In this document: piece after piece, positions 1 through 11,838 of the stretch
Numbering within the stretch: the first letter of the stretch is position 1
Layout of the letters: each line of letters opens with the position of its first letter
Assembly (NCBI RefSeq): GCF_964355755.1
Contig: NC_092678.1
Span: 2,930,422 to 2,994,421 of the forward strand
Origin: Antedon mediterranea
Taxonomy: Eukaryota; Animalia; Echinodermata
Length of the DNA: 64,000 nt
Direction of reading: 5' to 3'
Program-made: the position numbers and the translations under genes
The notes under the pieces: generated by a model
Told to the model about the DNA's origin: nothing
The model's database searches: none
What the model saw: only the letters and a program-made list of their open reading frames with translations

Positions 1-676
1 GCAGGAAGGGATAAGAGAGACATTCCACATCAAACTAGGCTTACAAAAGATTCATAATACATAAACGAAAAACTTATGCTTTGTAAGAATTCAATAGTAT
101 AATTATTTAAGTAATTTTTCATACAATTACTCAATCTTTCAACGTATGGAATATCCTTTACTATTCATCCTTTAAATATTCATTATTTTGTATATTTTAT
201 GCAATGTTAACTGATTACAGAATATCAAACTTTAAAGATTCTATTGGACATAGATGTACGAAACACTATTAAAATACATAAATAGGAAGTTATCATGATG
301 ATACTTCCTGATTGGATGATGTAGGTGTAAGGTGTGAGGGAAAAAATATACATACACTAATACCGGTATATAGAAGGAACCATATTACCATTGCTTGTGA
401 GGAATATACCATTATATTAAGACAATTAAATTGAAATATACCATTAAATTACAATTTAAAAATTTAAGATAAATTTATTTGTCTTATTTTTTGTTTGGTT
501 AACTAATATGTTAATTGAAAATGTGACATATATAGGAATAAATAAATTTAATTTTGTTATTTTATTCAAATTTTCTTGAAACTTATGGTATATTCTTTAT
601 AAGGAAGTATCTTAAATAAAAATTGAATAGCAAATATTTCAACATTTATAACTGAATATCAGATCAAACTGTAGTC

Positions 677-2431
677 ATGATGGGAGGTAAATGTGTTGAT
701 ATGTTGTGGATTATTTTACTCATAATAAATATACATCAGACAACTCAAGAGGAATCTAGACAACTTGTGTCAGGAGAATCATCTACAATTATTGATGACA
801 CTAAAGGTGATATAAATGAAATTGACCTTAAATGTACTAATCAAACTTTCACAGAGGAAAATTACATCATCTGGTACAGAACAAGTGGCGATACTCAGAA
901 TAAAACAGAGATTTACAGAAATGGAATACTACTGACCTCTAACCTTGGCAAAGAAGCACTAGCATACTCACTTTACAACTCCACTGAAGCTGAATTTACA
1001 ATATCAATTGCAAGAGCGCTTGGACAATATTTTCACTTAAATAGGTATAGATGTGAAGTAATAGCAACTAATACTGGTAAAGAATTAATAGATATAACTG
1101 GTTCTGTCCTTCTGTCTATACAATATCCCCCACCAGCACCATATCCCCTTTGTACTTCTACTGGTTACCAGAGTGATTTAATTGGACAAAATGTTATCTT
1201 GACCTGTACAACACAGCTAGGAAATCCCATCATAAACATTGAATGGTGGAGAAATGAAGTAAGGGTTCGGAATGAAGATGTAGAATACAATAAAAATAAG
1301 GAAAGATTTACAGAACATTCATTGGACTATACCTTTAACCTGCGACAAGAGGATTTAGAGGCAACATTTCAATGTAGGGTAAAATGGAAGGAAAATTTTA
1401 CAACATGTACATTAGACCAAACAATGGTAACAGAACCAGAGACATTTACCACACTAACATCAGAGACATCAACCATACCAACACCAGAAACATCGACCAA
1501 ACCAACACCAGATACATCAACCACACCAGCACCAAAGACATCAACCAAACCAACATCAGATACATCAATCGCACCAGCACCAGATACATCAACCGCACCA
1601 GCACCAGATACATCAACCGCACCAACACAAGAGACATCAATCACACAAACACTAGAGACATCAACCAAACAAAAACCAGAGACATCAACCAAACCAACAC
1701 CAGAGACATCAACCAAACCAACACTAGAGACATCAACCAAACCAACACTAGAGACATCAACTACACAAACACCAGAGACATCAACCACACTACCACCAGA
1801 GGCACCAACAACACCAACCCCAGAAACATTGACCAAACCAACACCAGAGACACCAACCAAACTAGCACCAGAGACATCAACCACACAAACCCCAGAAAGA
1901 TTGATTACCAAAGCTTTAGACACAACTGTCGCAAGTCTATCCCAATCAGTTGCTACAGATGAAAAACAAGAAAATATAACATCTACAGACAAACTAAAAT
2001 ATCTATTAGCAATTCCAGCTGTTATTTGTGCTTGCATTCTAGTTCTTGTAATTTGTGTCTTGAAGAAACGAGCTAAAAAAGGAAAGTCTAAAACAGATGG
2101 TGATAAAGTGCAGATGAAGTATTGGATACAAAGGAAAGATCAGGATTCCAACGAAAGTCAGGGATTATCTACAGAGGATAATCCAGTGTGTGATGGATCA
2201 CACACTGAACTGAGGAAACCGTCTGACAGACAAAATAGAAATGAAATTTACACCTATGCTCAGATAGATCCTATGGGAAATCAGCAAGATAAGGAGGCAG
2301 AATGTCCATCAGAAGATGACCCTGTAATGGTTGACAACAACTTTTATGAAGGTGCGACTGATGTTGCAAAATCACAGAGCAAATTACAGCAAGATAAGGA
2401 GACTGAATGTCTAACAGAAGATGACCTGTAA
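677..2431 (+). CDS. Ig receptor R1, class A (SP, 2 Ig, long PETSTTPT mucin stalk, TM, Tyr-motif tail)
   Basis: Uninterrupted 584-aa ORF. Ig1 DLKC...IIWYR...YRC; Ig2 PYPLC...LTC...WWRN...FQCRV...TC; TM YLLAIPAVICACILVLVICVL followed by KKRAKK; tail YTYAQI and DNNFYEG. Confidence 0.9.
   Translation: MMGGKCVDMLWIILLIINIHQTTQEESRQLVSGESSTIIDDTKGDINEIDLKCTNQTFTEENYIIWYRTSGDTQNKTEIYRNGILLTSNLGKEALAYSLYNSTEAEFTISIARALGQYFHLNRYRCEVIATNTGKELIDITGSVLLSIQYPPPAPYPLCTSTGYQSDLIGQNVILTCTTQLGNPIINIEWWRNEVRVRNEDVEYNKNKERFTEHSLDYTFNLRQEDLEATFQCRVKWKENFTTCTLDQTMVTEPETFTTLTSETSTIPTPETSTKPTPDTSTTPAPKTSTKPTSDTSIAPAPDTSTAPAPDTSTAPTQETSITQTLETSTKQKPETSTKPTPETSTKPTLETSTKPTLETSTTQTPETSTTLPPEAPTTPTPETLTKPTPETPTKLAPETSTTQTPERLITKALDTTVASLSQSVATDEKQENITSTDKLKYLLAIPAVICACILVLVICVLKKRAKKGKSKTDGDKVQMKYWIQRKDQDSNESQGLSTEDNPVCDGSHTELRKPSDRQNRNEIYTYAQIDPMGNQQDKEAECPSEDDPVMVDNNFYEGATDVAKSQSKLQQDKETECLTEDDL
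1436..1890 (+). repeat. 24-bp coding tandem repeat (mucin stalk of R1)
   Basis: Repeated ccagagacatcaaccaaaccaaca; related arrays at ~7750-8105 and ~26610-26780. Confidence 0.9.
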
Positions 2432-3404
2432 TGGTTGATAACAACATTTATGAAGGTGTGTAACTATCAAGAAAATAAATGCAACATTATATATATAACA
2501 TCAATCAAGTTGATATTTATAAACTTTTTAGATTTTTTATTTGACTACAGTGCATATATTTTAGTCAAGAATTATCTTATTGGATATTTGATAATTATGC
2601 AGAAGACTTTTCTTTGAGCAGTCACTTTAAATTTGAATTATTTAAAATTCATTTTATCAACAATTGTATTGCTACTGCTATAAAAATTACTCAATCAATT
2701 ACTTGATTACAGTTACACTTGTTCACCTCAATTGTGTTTTTAAAAAAGGTCATTAAAGAACTTTCTATGAAATACAAAATCTAGAATAAAAATAAAAGTA
2801 CACAAGTTGCTTTATCTAATTTGTAATATTTGTGGAGAAATCATAACTATCTATTAAAGATTATTATAGGAACAAGTAAATTTCCAAAGAATAGAACGAT
2901 ATTATATTATTTATTGTTTTAATCATGCTGTATTCATAGGCGCTATATGTTCCTTGTTTCAAATTACCCCATTCAGGTATATGACCTTAGACATTCAATT
3001 TTATAGATAATCCTAAGCAGCAACAATGTATTGTAATGATATTATAGTTTATCTATTTGACTGAATACATCGGTCTGTGAATATATATTCCATACTATTA
3101 TTAGGGCAACATCGTGTAAACAAAAGCAGATAAAAGAAGAACTACAGTTTTGTTTAGTAAATAAACATGTAAAAGGCTCAGCGAAGTATACTCAATTTTG
3201 TATATTCTTTGCGAATAAACAAAATGCTAAGTTCCTAAGCAGAAAAAGACATAATGAATTGGATTAAGAATACACTTATTGGATTTAAATACAATTTAAT
3301 AAATCGCTACAGATAAAAAAAAAGTATTTGTAAAGTAACAAATATTTATTTCAGAGAAAATGTTTAAGACACTTAATTATTCAAAACTTTTATTCTACAT
3401 TAAT

Positions 3405-3426
3405 GGAATATTCCACTTAAGGAAGT
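3405..3426 (+). promoter_or_regulatory. Conserved GGAATATTCC-n5-AGGAAGT element (representative copy)
   Basis: Copies start at 587, 3405, 6930, 9738, 12850, 18542, 20929, 23895 and 29227, each 71-90 bp before the ATG with fixed spacing. The kB-like and ETS assignments are motif resemblance only. Confidence 0.6.
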
Positions 3427-3483
3427 TAACTTTAAATATCAAAAAATCTGCGAATTAAGCATAAATGATCACAAATTGCAGTC

Positions 3484-4637
3484 ATGGTGGGAAATATTCT
3501 TGTTAACATTTTGTGGTTTCTCTGTCTCATAACGTACACTGTGGCAACAACCCAACAAGAACCTAGACAACTGACTGAAGGTGACATAATTGACCTTAAA
3601 TGCACTGATCAAACTTTTCCTGAGAAACATTACATCATCTGGTATAGAAGAAGTTACTATACTGGAAACAAAACAGAGATTTACAGAAATGGAATGCTAT
3701 TAACCTCTGACCTTGGACAAGAAGCATTGGCATACTCACTCAACAACTCCACTGAAATTGAACTTACAATATCAATCGCAAGAGGGCTTGGACAATTCCT
3801 TCACTTAAATAAGTATGAATGTGAAGTAATAGCAACTAGTTCTGGCAACAAATTAATTGATAGAACTGATCATGTCCTTCTGTTTATACAATATCCACCA
3901 CCAGCACCCTATCCCCTTTGTACTGCTACTGGTTACTAGGGAGATTTAATTGGACAAAATGTTATCCTGACCTGTACAACACAGCCAGGTAATCCACCAA
4001 TAAGCATTCAATGGTGGAGAAATGATTTAATGGCTTTGCATAGAGACATATCATACCTTGAATCCGAGAGATTTACAGAATACTCATTGGACTATACCTT
4101 TATTCTTCAACAAGAAGATTTTGAGGCAACATACCAATGTAGGGTCACATGGATGGAGGATGTTGCAAGATGTACAGTAAATGAAACACTTCAGTCAACA
4201 ACAACAGAACCAGACAAATTGACAAAACAAACAGTGAAACTAGACATCAAACAAGCAAAAACACATTAATTACAACAATCTTTCGTACAAATTTTAAAAT
4301 GGAGGATTCTACGACTTCTTTAAAGTTTTTGACCATGGGATTGTCTCTTGGTGCAGTTATTGTTCTTCTTCTAATACTCCTAATAATCTCATTACTGTAC
4401 AAGAGAAATCAGATGCCAAACAATGGTGATCAAATATTGGCAGGTGTCACTGAAGTAATGGACACACACCCAAGTGAAACAGAATACATCTATGATGATG
4501 TTGCTGAAGCAGAACATGTCTATAATAATGTTACAGCAGATATGAACAAAGAGCATGTCTATTACAATTGTCCAAGAGATACAGTTTACATCACTACTAA
4601 CACATATGACGAAAAACAAGATGTAGAAGATTCATAA
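3484..4637 (+). pseudogene. Ig receptor R2, class B, disrupted
   Basis: In-frame TAG at 3937-3939 where paralogs have CAG. Ig2 continues in the same frame, then a stop and frame change at ~4267-4299. Class B TM (GLSLGAVIVLLL) and EHVY tail lie at 4299-4637. Confidence 0.85.
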
Positions 4638-4651
4638 GCTGGGATTTCTGT

Positions 4652-4814
4652 AAGCTCTGTCTACACTTTCAAACTAATCTTACAAAAAAAGTTTGATGTG
4701 CCCAAATATGATAGTGATATGCTCAAATATGGTAGTGATATGATATCATAATGTCCAAATATGGGCTCATCTCATTTTTTTGTCACATAAAGTCTGATTG
4801 TGTAGACAGAGTTT
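4652..4814. mobile_element. MITE family 1 (PIF/Harbinger-like)
   Basis: TIRs aagctctgtctacact / tgtagacagagttt in a TWA context; same internal gtgcccaaatatggtagtgatatg as other copies. Confidence 0.8.
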
Positions 4815-5122
4815 AAGACAAACTAACCTAATAAGTCTTTTGGATTTGTCACTCGGCATTAAATGATATTAATAATTATCTAAAACACTTGTCTGTCAAA
4901 ATCACAATAACATTACTCATATCAACAAATTTCAAATTATATTTGATTAGAGCATTTCAAACTCATTTTAATAATTGCTTACCCATTATAATATGTTTCT
5001 CACTTATTGTTTATTATTTATTTACTTTGGTGTTGTTACTGGGTGGTGGTTTAAAGTTTCTATCCTTATGTAAATTTATAATATCTTTTTGGAGGTTGCA
5101 GCCTTTGAATTAATGCTACAAA

Positions 5123-5180
5123 GTAATGGTTGATAACAAGATTTACGTAGTGGTGTAATATCAAGTAAAACAATAGAAAA
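5123..5180 (+). pseudogene. Remnant of a class A 3' end
   Basis: gtaatggttgataacaagatttac...ggtgtaatatcaagtaaaacaatagaaa resembles the last codons (VMVDNNIY..GV*) and 3' flank of R10 at 30832-30890. Confidence 0.65.
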
Positions 5181-5894
5181 TATATGCAAATAAACAACAC
5201 TAAATAATGATATCAATGTATCTATTATATAATACCAATATTAGCTTGTGATCACTTTGGCATCTGAAATCACTGGTTTTCCCAAGTGCACTTATAAAAG
5301 CATATTATTTCAGTATGAAAGCTTTTCTTTTTTTGTAGATTGTTTTACATTTCTACATTTATTTACTTCAACATTGTTGCTGAATGGCTTAGATTTCCAA
5401 TCTTTCTGTCTACATTTTTATATATCTTATCATTATTATAGAGCTCCTGCTTTGTAAATTGATCCTGAAATTTCCATTTGTAGAACCATAATTATAAATA
5501 AATTTAACAACGCAGATTTTTTTGTGAAAAAAACTAAAATGTCCTCTCATGTATCCTCATCTCTGAAAATACTATATGTAAAAAAAATACATGACAATGG
5601 GTCTCATAAGTATATAACATTATTTTCTTAATCAATATTACTTCTATTTAATCCATAAATTAAATGAATGCATATATATTTTTGAAATTTAAATACATGC
5701 ATTCACATGTACTTTTAAATTTGGTGAACTGAAGTAGCAATACTTGTACTACAATTTGTGACTATTCTATTATATTTCTGCCAAGAATAAAGTTTAATAT
5801 TTAGCAAATGAATTAAATGCAAATTTAATTTTTGACTACAATTACAATTTGTTTTATTAAAAAAAAGGTATTTCTGAGGTATGGTAGACAACTA

Positions 5895-6305
5895 AAGGTG
5901 CCCTTATGTTAAAAGGAAACTCAACTCAACTCAACTGAAAGGAACTAGTTGCGCTACAGCCCTTATGTCGACATTTTAAGCAACTGAACTAAAAGGAACT
6001 AGTGTGCGAACGCTTATGTCGACACAGGAACTGATCGTAACTAGTCATGGTTATCTTATGGCACACTAGGCGTGATTCGCATAAGAACCTGTATGCTACC
6101 TTATATGCTAAAATTGAACTTACGACTTACAGTAATTCAAAGTTTTCAGTTCCGCAAAAAGTAGAACAATTGAAAGCAACATGCTTATGTGGCATGTTTT
6201 GTGTGCCTTTCAGTTGTGGTTAGTTGAGGTGGGTTGCATTCAGTTGCTTGGAGCACTTATGTCGACACAGTTGAGTGGAGTTCTGTGTTGACATAAGGGC
6301 ATCTT
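5895..6305. mobile_element. MITE with terminal inverted repeats
   Basis: aaggtgcccttatgt...acataagggcatctt; internal cttatgtcgaca repeats; no ORF. Confidence 0.75.
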
Positions 6306-7000
6306 AACTGATAGATGTACTAACTAAATTCTAGAGTTTGTTAGGCCATGTCAAAAAGGTATTAAGGTTCATTTTTCATGCCTAAGCCTAGAAAACATAC
6401 TATTACTTGCCCTACAAAAGAGTCATTGCAATCATTCAATGCTATGATTATTTTCACTCGTCATTAAAAGATTGAACATTCAATCTTTCCAAAGATTAAC
6501 CATTCAATCTTTTCACTGTTGAAGTAAATCTTAGCCTTAATCTTATAAACATTCATTATTGGTTTAACGTTACTTGTTATGCCAAAATCAAACTACAGTA
6601 AAGATTATTGTGATATGTAAGAACATTAACAATATTTATACAATACTCAAATGTAAGGAAGTTATGATAATAATACATCCTGATTTGGTGATTTAGACAA
6701 AAAAATATTACTATGAATATTATATTATATTTCTTTCCGTGTGAGGAATATACCATTCTTCTAAAAAAATGAGTTGATATCTGTTAATTTAATATTTAAA
6801 TTGAACATTTTAAACAAATTATTTGTCTTTATTTTATCTTTTTGTTTAGCTTTTATAAACACACACTTTTTGATTATGATACATAGATACGTCCTAATGA
6901 TATAATATTAAAATTGTCTTGACAGTTTTGGTATATTCCTTATAAGGAAGTTTAAAATATTATTACGTTTTGTAATAGAACATCAGATTAAACTGCAGTC

Positions 7001-8848
7001 ATGGTGGGAGGTAAATGTGTTGATGTTTTGTGGATTATTTCAATCATAATAAATGTACATCAGACAACTCAAGAGGAACCACCTAAAACTGTATATGCCA
7101 CAGAAGGTGATATATTGGACCTGAAATGTAATAATCAAGCGCTTATAGAAGAACATTATATCATCTGGTACAGAAAGGAAATACTGATTTACAGTAATGG
7201 GGCACTACTGACCTCTGACCTTGGACAAGAAGCACTGGCATACTCACTTAACAACTCAACTGAAGCTGAATTTACAATATCAATAAAAAAAGGACTTGGA
7301 CAATATCTTCATGAAAATAACTATAAATGTGCAGTTATAGAAACCAGTACTGGTGATACATTATTTTTAAATAATTACGGCTATCTGGTTGTAGCCTATG
7401 CCCCACCAGCACCATATCCTCTTTGTTCTGCTACCAGTTACCACAGTGATTCTATCGGACAAAATGTTACAATATCGTGTGTAACACAGCCAGGTAATCC
7501 AAGAATAAGCATTCAATGGTTGCAAGGTAATGCAAGTGTTACAAGTAAACGCTTAGGCTACAATGGTAAAAATAAATTTACAGTGTACTCATTGGACTAT
7601 ACCTTTACTCTTCAACAAGAAGATTTAGAGACAACATACCAATGTTGGGTCAAATGGAAGGAAGATGAAAAAACATGTATATTAGAGAAAACACTTCAGT
7701 CGACAACAGAAGAAGTAACACCAACAACATTGGAAAAATCAATCACACTAACAACAGAGACACTGACTACAATAACACCAAAGATATTGACTACACAAAC
7801 ACTAGAGACATCAACCACACCAACACCAGAGACATCGACCACACCAACACCAGAGAAATCGACTACAACACCAGAGATATTGACCACACCAACACCAGAG
7901 ACATCGACTACACTAACACCAGAGACATCGACTACACTAACACCAGAGACATCGACTACACCAACACTAGAGACATCGACTACACCAACACCAGAAAAAC
8001 TGACCTCATCAACAATAAAAAAGTTAACAACACTAAGGCCAGATACACTGACCACTTCAACACCAGAGATATTGACCACACTAACACCAAAGACATTGAC
8101 AACAAAAAAACTAGAAGAGACTGCTGCAAGTCTATCCAAATCCTTTGCAACAGATGAAATCCGTCAACATACATCAACACAACTCATGACTACCAAACGC
8201 ACTGAACAAACTTCTCAAAAAAGCGAGAGTATACTAATATATTTATTAGCAATTCTAGCTGTTATTTGTGCTTGCCTTGTAGTTCTTGTAATTTTTGTTG
8301 TCTTGAAGAAACGAGCTGAAAAAGGAAAGTCTAAAACAGATAGTGATAAAGTTCAGATGAAGTATTGGAAACAAAAGAAAGATCAGGATTCCAACGAAAG
8401 TCAGGGATTATACACAGAGGATAATCCGGTGTGTGATGGATCATCTTCAAAGGATCAACCAGAATTTATGCTACAACCAGAACTGAAGAAACCATCCGAC
8501 ACACAAAGTAGAAATGATACCTACGCTCAGGTAGTTCCAAAGTCAATGAGAAATGTGAATCAGCAGGATAATAAGATTGACTGTCCAACAGAGGTTGCCA
8601 AATTGCAGCAAGAGTCTGAAAATCCTTCAGAAGATGACAATGAAATTATTGATAACATCATTTATGAAGGTCTGACTGATGTTGCAAAATCACAGATCAA
8701 ATTACAGCAAGATAAGGAGGCAGAATTTCCATCAGAAGACGACCATGAAACGGTTGACAACAACATTTATGAAGGTGCAATTGACGTTGCAAAATCACAG
8801 AGCAAATTACAGCAAGCTAAGGAGACGAAATGTCCAAAAGAAGATTAG
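7001..8848 (+). CDS. Ig receptor R3, class A
   Basis: 615-aa single ORF with the same architecture; 24-bp stalk repeats; tail has DTYAQVV and two DNxIYEG motifs. Confidence 0.9.
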   Translation: MVGGKCVDVLWIISIIINVHQTTQEEPPKTVYATEGDILDLKCNNQALIEEHYIIWYRKEILIYSNGALLTSDLGQEALAYSLNNSTEAEFTISIKKGLGQYLHENNYKCAVIETSTGDTLFLNNYGYLVVAYAPPAPYPLCSATSYHSDSIGQNVTISCVTQPGNPRISIQWLQGNASVTSKRLGYNGKNKFTVYSLDYTFTLQQEDLETTYQCWVKWKEDEKTCILEKTLQSTTEEVTPTTLEKSITLTTETLTTITPKILTTQTLETSTTPTPETSTTPTPEKSTTTPEILTTPTPETSTTLTPETSTTLTPETSTTPTLETSTTPTPEKLTSSTIKKLTTLRPDTLTTSTPEILTTLTPKTLTTKKLEETAASLSKSFATDEIRQHTSTQLMTTKRTEQTSQKSESILIYLLAILAVICACLVVLVIFVVLKKRAEKGKSKTDSDKVQMKYWKQKKDQDSNESQGLYTEDNPVCDGSSSKDQPEFMLQPELKKPSDTQSRNDTYAQVVPKSMRNVNQQDNKIDCPTEVAKLQQESENPSEDDNEIIDNIIYEGLTDVAKSQIKLQQDKEAEFPSEDDHETVDNNIYEGAIDVAKSQSKLQQAKETKCPKED

Positions 8849-9816
8849 GAACGTGGGTAACTATCAAATAACACAATAGAAAATAAATTCACACAAACAA
8901 CAACACATGTGTTTATACAATTCTCAGACGTTTAATGTTGTGCTTATTTAACTACAGCACTTTTTTTGAGTGAAGAATTAGTTTGTTGGATATTTGCCAA
9001 CCTGTGGAATTGTGCAAAGACTTTTCTATGAGCATTCACTTTAACTTTCAATCATTTCAAACTTGTTTATTATGTAATTATTCCTTCATTTGATAAACAA
9101 TATTATTGCTACTGCTTGCTTTGTGCAATGGTACAATGTGTAACTTGCGGCAAAAAAACAAAATTAAATAAACAGGTCGAATATCTATTAAAAGATTGAT
9201 AGGAATCAAGTTTTCAGATGTAACAGTAAAATATCATATAAACAAATCAGGGTATTAGTTATACCTTTGACAACTTTATAGAGCATCCTTTTTCCGCAAT
9301 CAGCAATATATAACATTCCAATGATGTCATAATTTATATATGACTGAATGACTTATTGGTCTGCATTTAAACAGTGTATGGTATATAAATTCTATACACT
9401 GTTTAAATGCAGAGCACCGTGTGATTAGTAAGACTTCCATACTAAGGCACATAAAAGAAGAACTACAGTTTTGTTTAGTAAATAAACATGTTGGATACTC
9501 AGCGAAGTATACAATATTTAATGTATTATTTGCTAGTGAAACAAAATATCTTCTTATAGGAAAATAAATTCATTTAAAAAATAATTAATAGGGTTGAATT
9601 AACCATTATATTATAGATAAAATAAAATATATAATAAAATAATTAAACAAATTTATTGAATTTGTTTCTAAGAAAGTTAATTAGTATTTACAAATGTTAA
9701 TGTATTCTATATAAAATTGAATGTATTATATATTAATGGAATATTCCATTCAAGGAAGTTCATTTCTAATAATAAAAGTTTCGCAATTATGCATTTGATG
9801 ATTATACATTGCCGTC

Positions 9817-11676
9817 ATGGTAGGGAAGAAAATTGTTGATATTTTGTGGATAATTTCACTCATAACAAATGTGTTGCCAACAAACCAAGAGGAATCTAGA
9901 CAACTTGTGATAGGAGGAGAATTCCCTCAAGCTATAGATTCTAATATAGGTGACATAATTGACTTTAAATGTACTGATCAAACTTTCACAGAGGAACATT
10001 ACGTCATCTGGATCAGAACAAAATCTTATACTTTAGATGAAACAGAGATTTACAGAAATGGAACACTGCTGTCCTCTGACCTTGGCCAAGAAGCACTGGC
10101 ATACTCACTTAACCACTCCATTGAAGCTGAATTTACAATAACAATCCCAAGAGGACTTGCGCATATTCTTAACTTAAACAATTATAGATGTGCAGTAATA
10201 GCAACTAGTACTGGTAATGCATTAATAACTGGTTATGTCATTTTGTTAGTAGAATATCCACCACCAGCACCATATCCTCTTTGTACTTCTACTGGTTATC
10301 AGAGTGATTTAATTGGACAAAATGTTATCTTGACCTGTATAACACAGCCAGGAAATCCAACCATAAGCATTCAATGGTGGAGAAATGATGTAATGGTTTT
10401 AAATAGAGATATAGCATATAATAATAGAGCGAGATTTACAGAATACTCATTGGACTATACCTTTATTCTTCAACAAGAAGATTTAGAGGCAACATACCAA
10501 TGTAGGGTCACATGGATGGAGGATGTTACAACATGTACAGTAAATGAAACATCTCAGACAACAATATTACCAACAACAGAAGAACCAACCAGTGGAACGT
10601 TTAGACATCAAACAAATATTGAATCGACAGTTTCTGAATATAACAGGATTAAGACAACAATTAGCAGAAACACATTGACTATAACACCAACAATTTATCA
10701 GACAACATTTATAATGGAACACACTACAATTTCTGATAGGTCATCAAATGCAGTGACTACACCAACCATCCTTCAGACAACATCTATAATGGAAGACACT
10801 ACAAGTTCTGATAAGACTACAACTTCTAAGTCAACAATTAAAAGAAACACATTGACTACACCAACAATTTATCAGACATCTCAACCGGAAGACACTACAA
10901 ATTCTGATAAGTCAACAATTAGCAGAAACACATTGGCTACACCAACAATTTATCAGACATCTCAACCGGAAGACACTACAAATTCTGATAAGTCAACAAT
11001 TAGCAGAAACACATTGGCTACACCAACAATCTATCAGACAACATCTCAACTGGAAGACACTACAATTTCTGATAAGTCAACAATTAGCAGAAACACTTTG
11101 ACTACACCAACAATCCATCAGAAAATATCTATAATGGAAGACACTACAATTTCTGATATGTCAACAATTAGCAGAAGCACATTGACTACATCAACAATCC
11201 ATCAGACAACATCTACAATGGAAGGCACAACAGCTTCTGATAAGTCAACAATTAGCAGAAGCAGATTGACTAAACCAACAATCCATCAGACAACATCTAA
11301 ACTGGACGACACTACATCTTCTGATAAGTCTTTTACCATGGGATTGTCTCTTGGTGCAGTTATTGTTCTTCTGATAATACTTCTAATAATCGCTTTACTG
11401 TACAAGAGAAATCAGACAAATCAGATGCCAAATAATGATCAAAAGATGGCAGAAGTAACAGAATCATACAGCACACCAGTATACATCAAACCAATTGAAA
11501 TGAACACTGAACATGTCTATCATGAAGTTGAAGAAGGAAAAGAGCACATCTACAACACCATCAAGGAAGAAAAGAAGAATCATGTATATGATAATGTCAA
11601 GGAGGAAAGGAAAAAAGATCCAGAAGATACAGTTTACTGTACGTCAATACAACCAAATCATAAGCAAAACAGGTAG
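9817..11676 (+). CDS. Ig receptor R4, class B, longest stalk
   Basis: 619-aa ORF; 27-28-aa stalk repeats; TM GLSLGAVIVLLIILLIIALLY; tail YHEV-x7-YNTI-x8-YDNV. Confidence 0.9.
   Translation: MVGKKIVDILWIISLITNVLPTNQEESRQLVIGGEFPQAIDSNIGDIIDFKCTDQTFTEEHYVIWIRTKSYTLDETEIYRNGTLLSSDLGQEALAYSLNHSIEAEFTITIPRGLAHILNLNNYRCAVIATSTGNALITGYVILLVEYPPPAPYPLCTSTGYQSDLIGQNVILTCITQPGNPTISIQWWRNDVMVLNRDIAYNNRARFTEYSLDYTFILQQEDLEATYQCRVTWMEDVTTCTVNETSQTTILPTTEEPTSGTFRHQTNIESTVSEYNRIKTTISRNTLTITPTIYQTTFIMEHTTISDRSSNAVTTPTILQTTSIMEDTTSSDKTTTSKSTIKRNTLTTPTIYQTSQPEDTTNSDKSTISRNTLATPTIYQTSQPEDTTNSDKSTISRNTLATPTIYQTTSQLEDTTISDKSTISRNTLTTPTIHQKISIMEDTTISDMSTISRSTLTTSTIHQTTSTMEGTTASDKSTISRSRLTKPTIHQTTSKLDDTTSSDKSFTMGLSLGAVIVLLIILLIIALLYKRNQTNQMPNNDQKMAEVTESYSTPVYIKPIEMNTEHVYHEVEEGKEHIYNTIKEEKKNHVYDNVKEERKKDPEDTVYCTSIQPNHKQNR
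10655..11330 (+). repeat. 81-84-bp coding tandem repeat (stalk of R4)
   Basis: Repeated TISRNTLTTPTIYQT(T)SxxEDTTxSDKS. Confidence 0.88.
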
Positions 11677-11838
11677 ACAAAGCATGGGATTGTCCTGCCA
11701 TCATAATCAGAACAGGTAGACAAAGCATGGGATTGTCCTGCCATCATAATCAGAACATGTAGACAAAGCATGGGATTGTCCTGCCATCATAATCAGAAAA
11801 GGTAGACAAAGCATGGGATTGTCTTGCCATCATAATCA
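11668..11838 (+). repeat. 43-bp tandem repeat x4 over the R4 stop codon
   Basis: aacaggtagacaaagcatgggattgtcctgccatcataatcag at 11668, 11711, 11754, 11797. Confidence 0.92.

Noticed and set aside
1369-2037. Antisense and alternate-frame ORFs over stalks and tails (also 7675-8180, 14023-14451, 24711-25415, 26542-27372, 29958-30885)
   Set aside because: Shadows of stop-poor coding repeats in the receptor ORFs.
11668-11838. CRISPR-like look of the 43-, 33-, 50- and 44-bp repeats
   Set aside because: Head-to-tail repeats without unique spacers, no cas genes, eukaryotic context.
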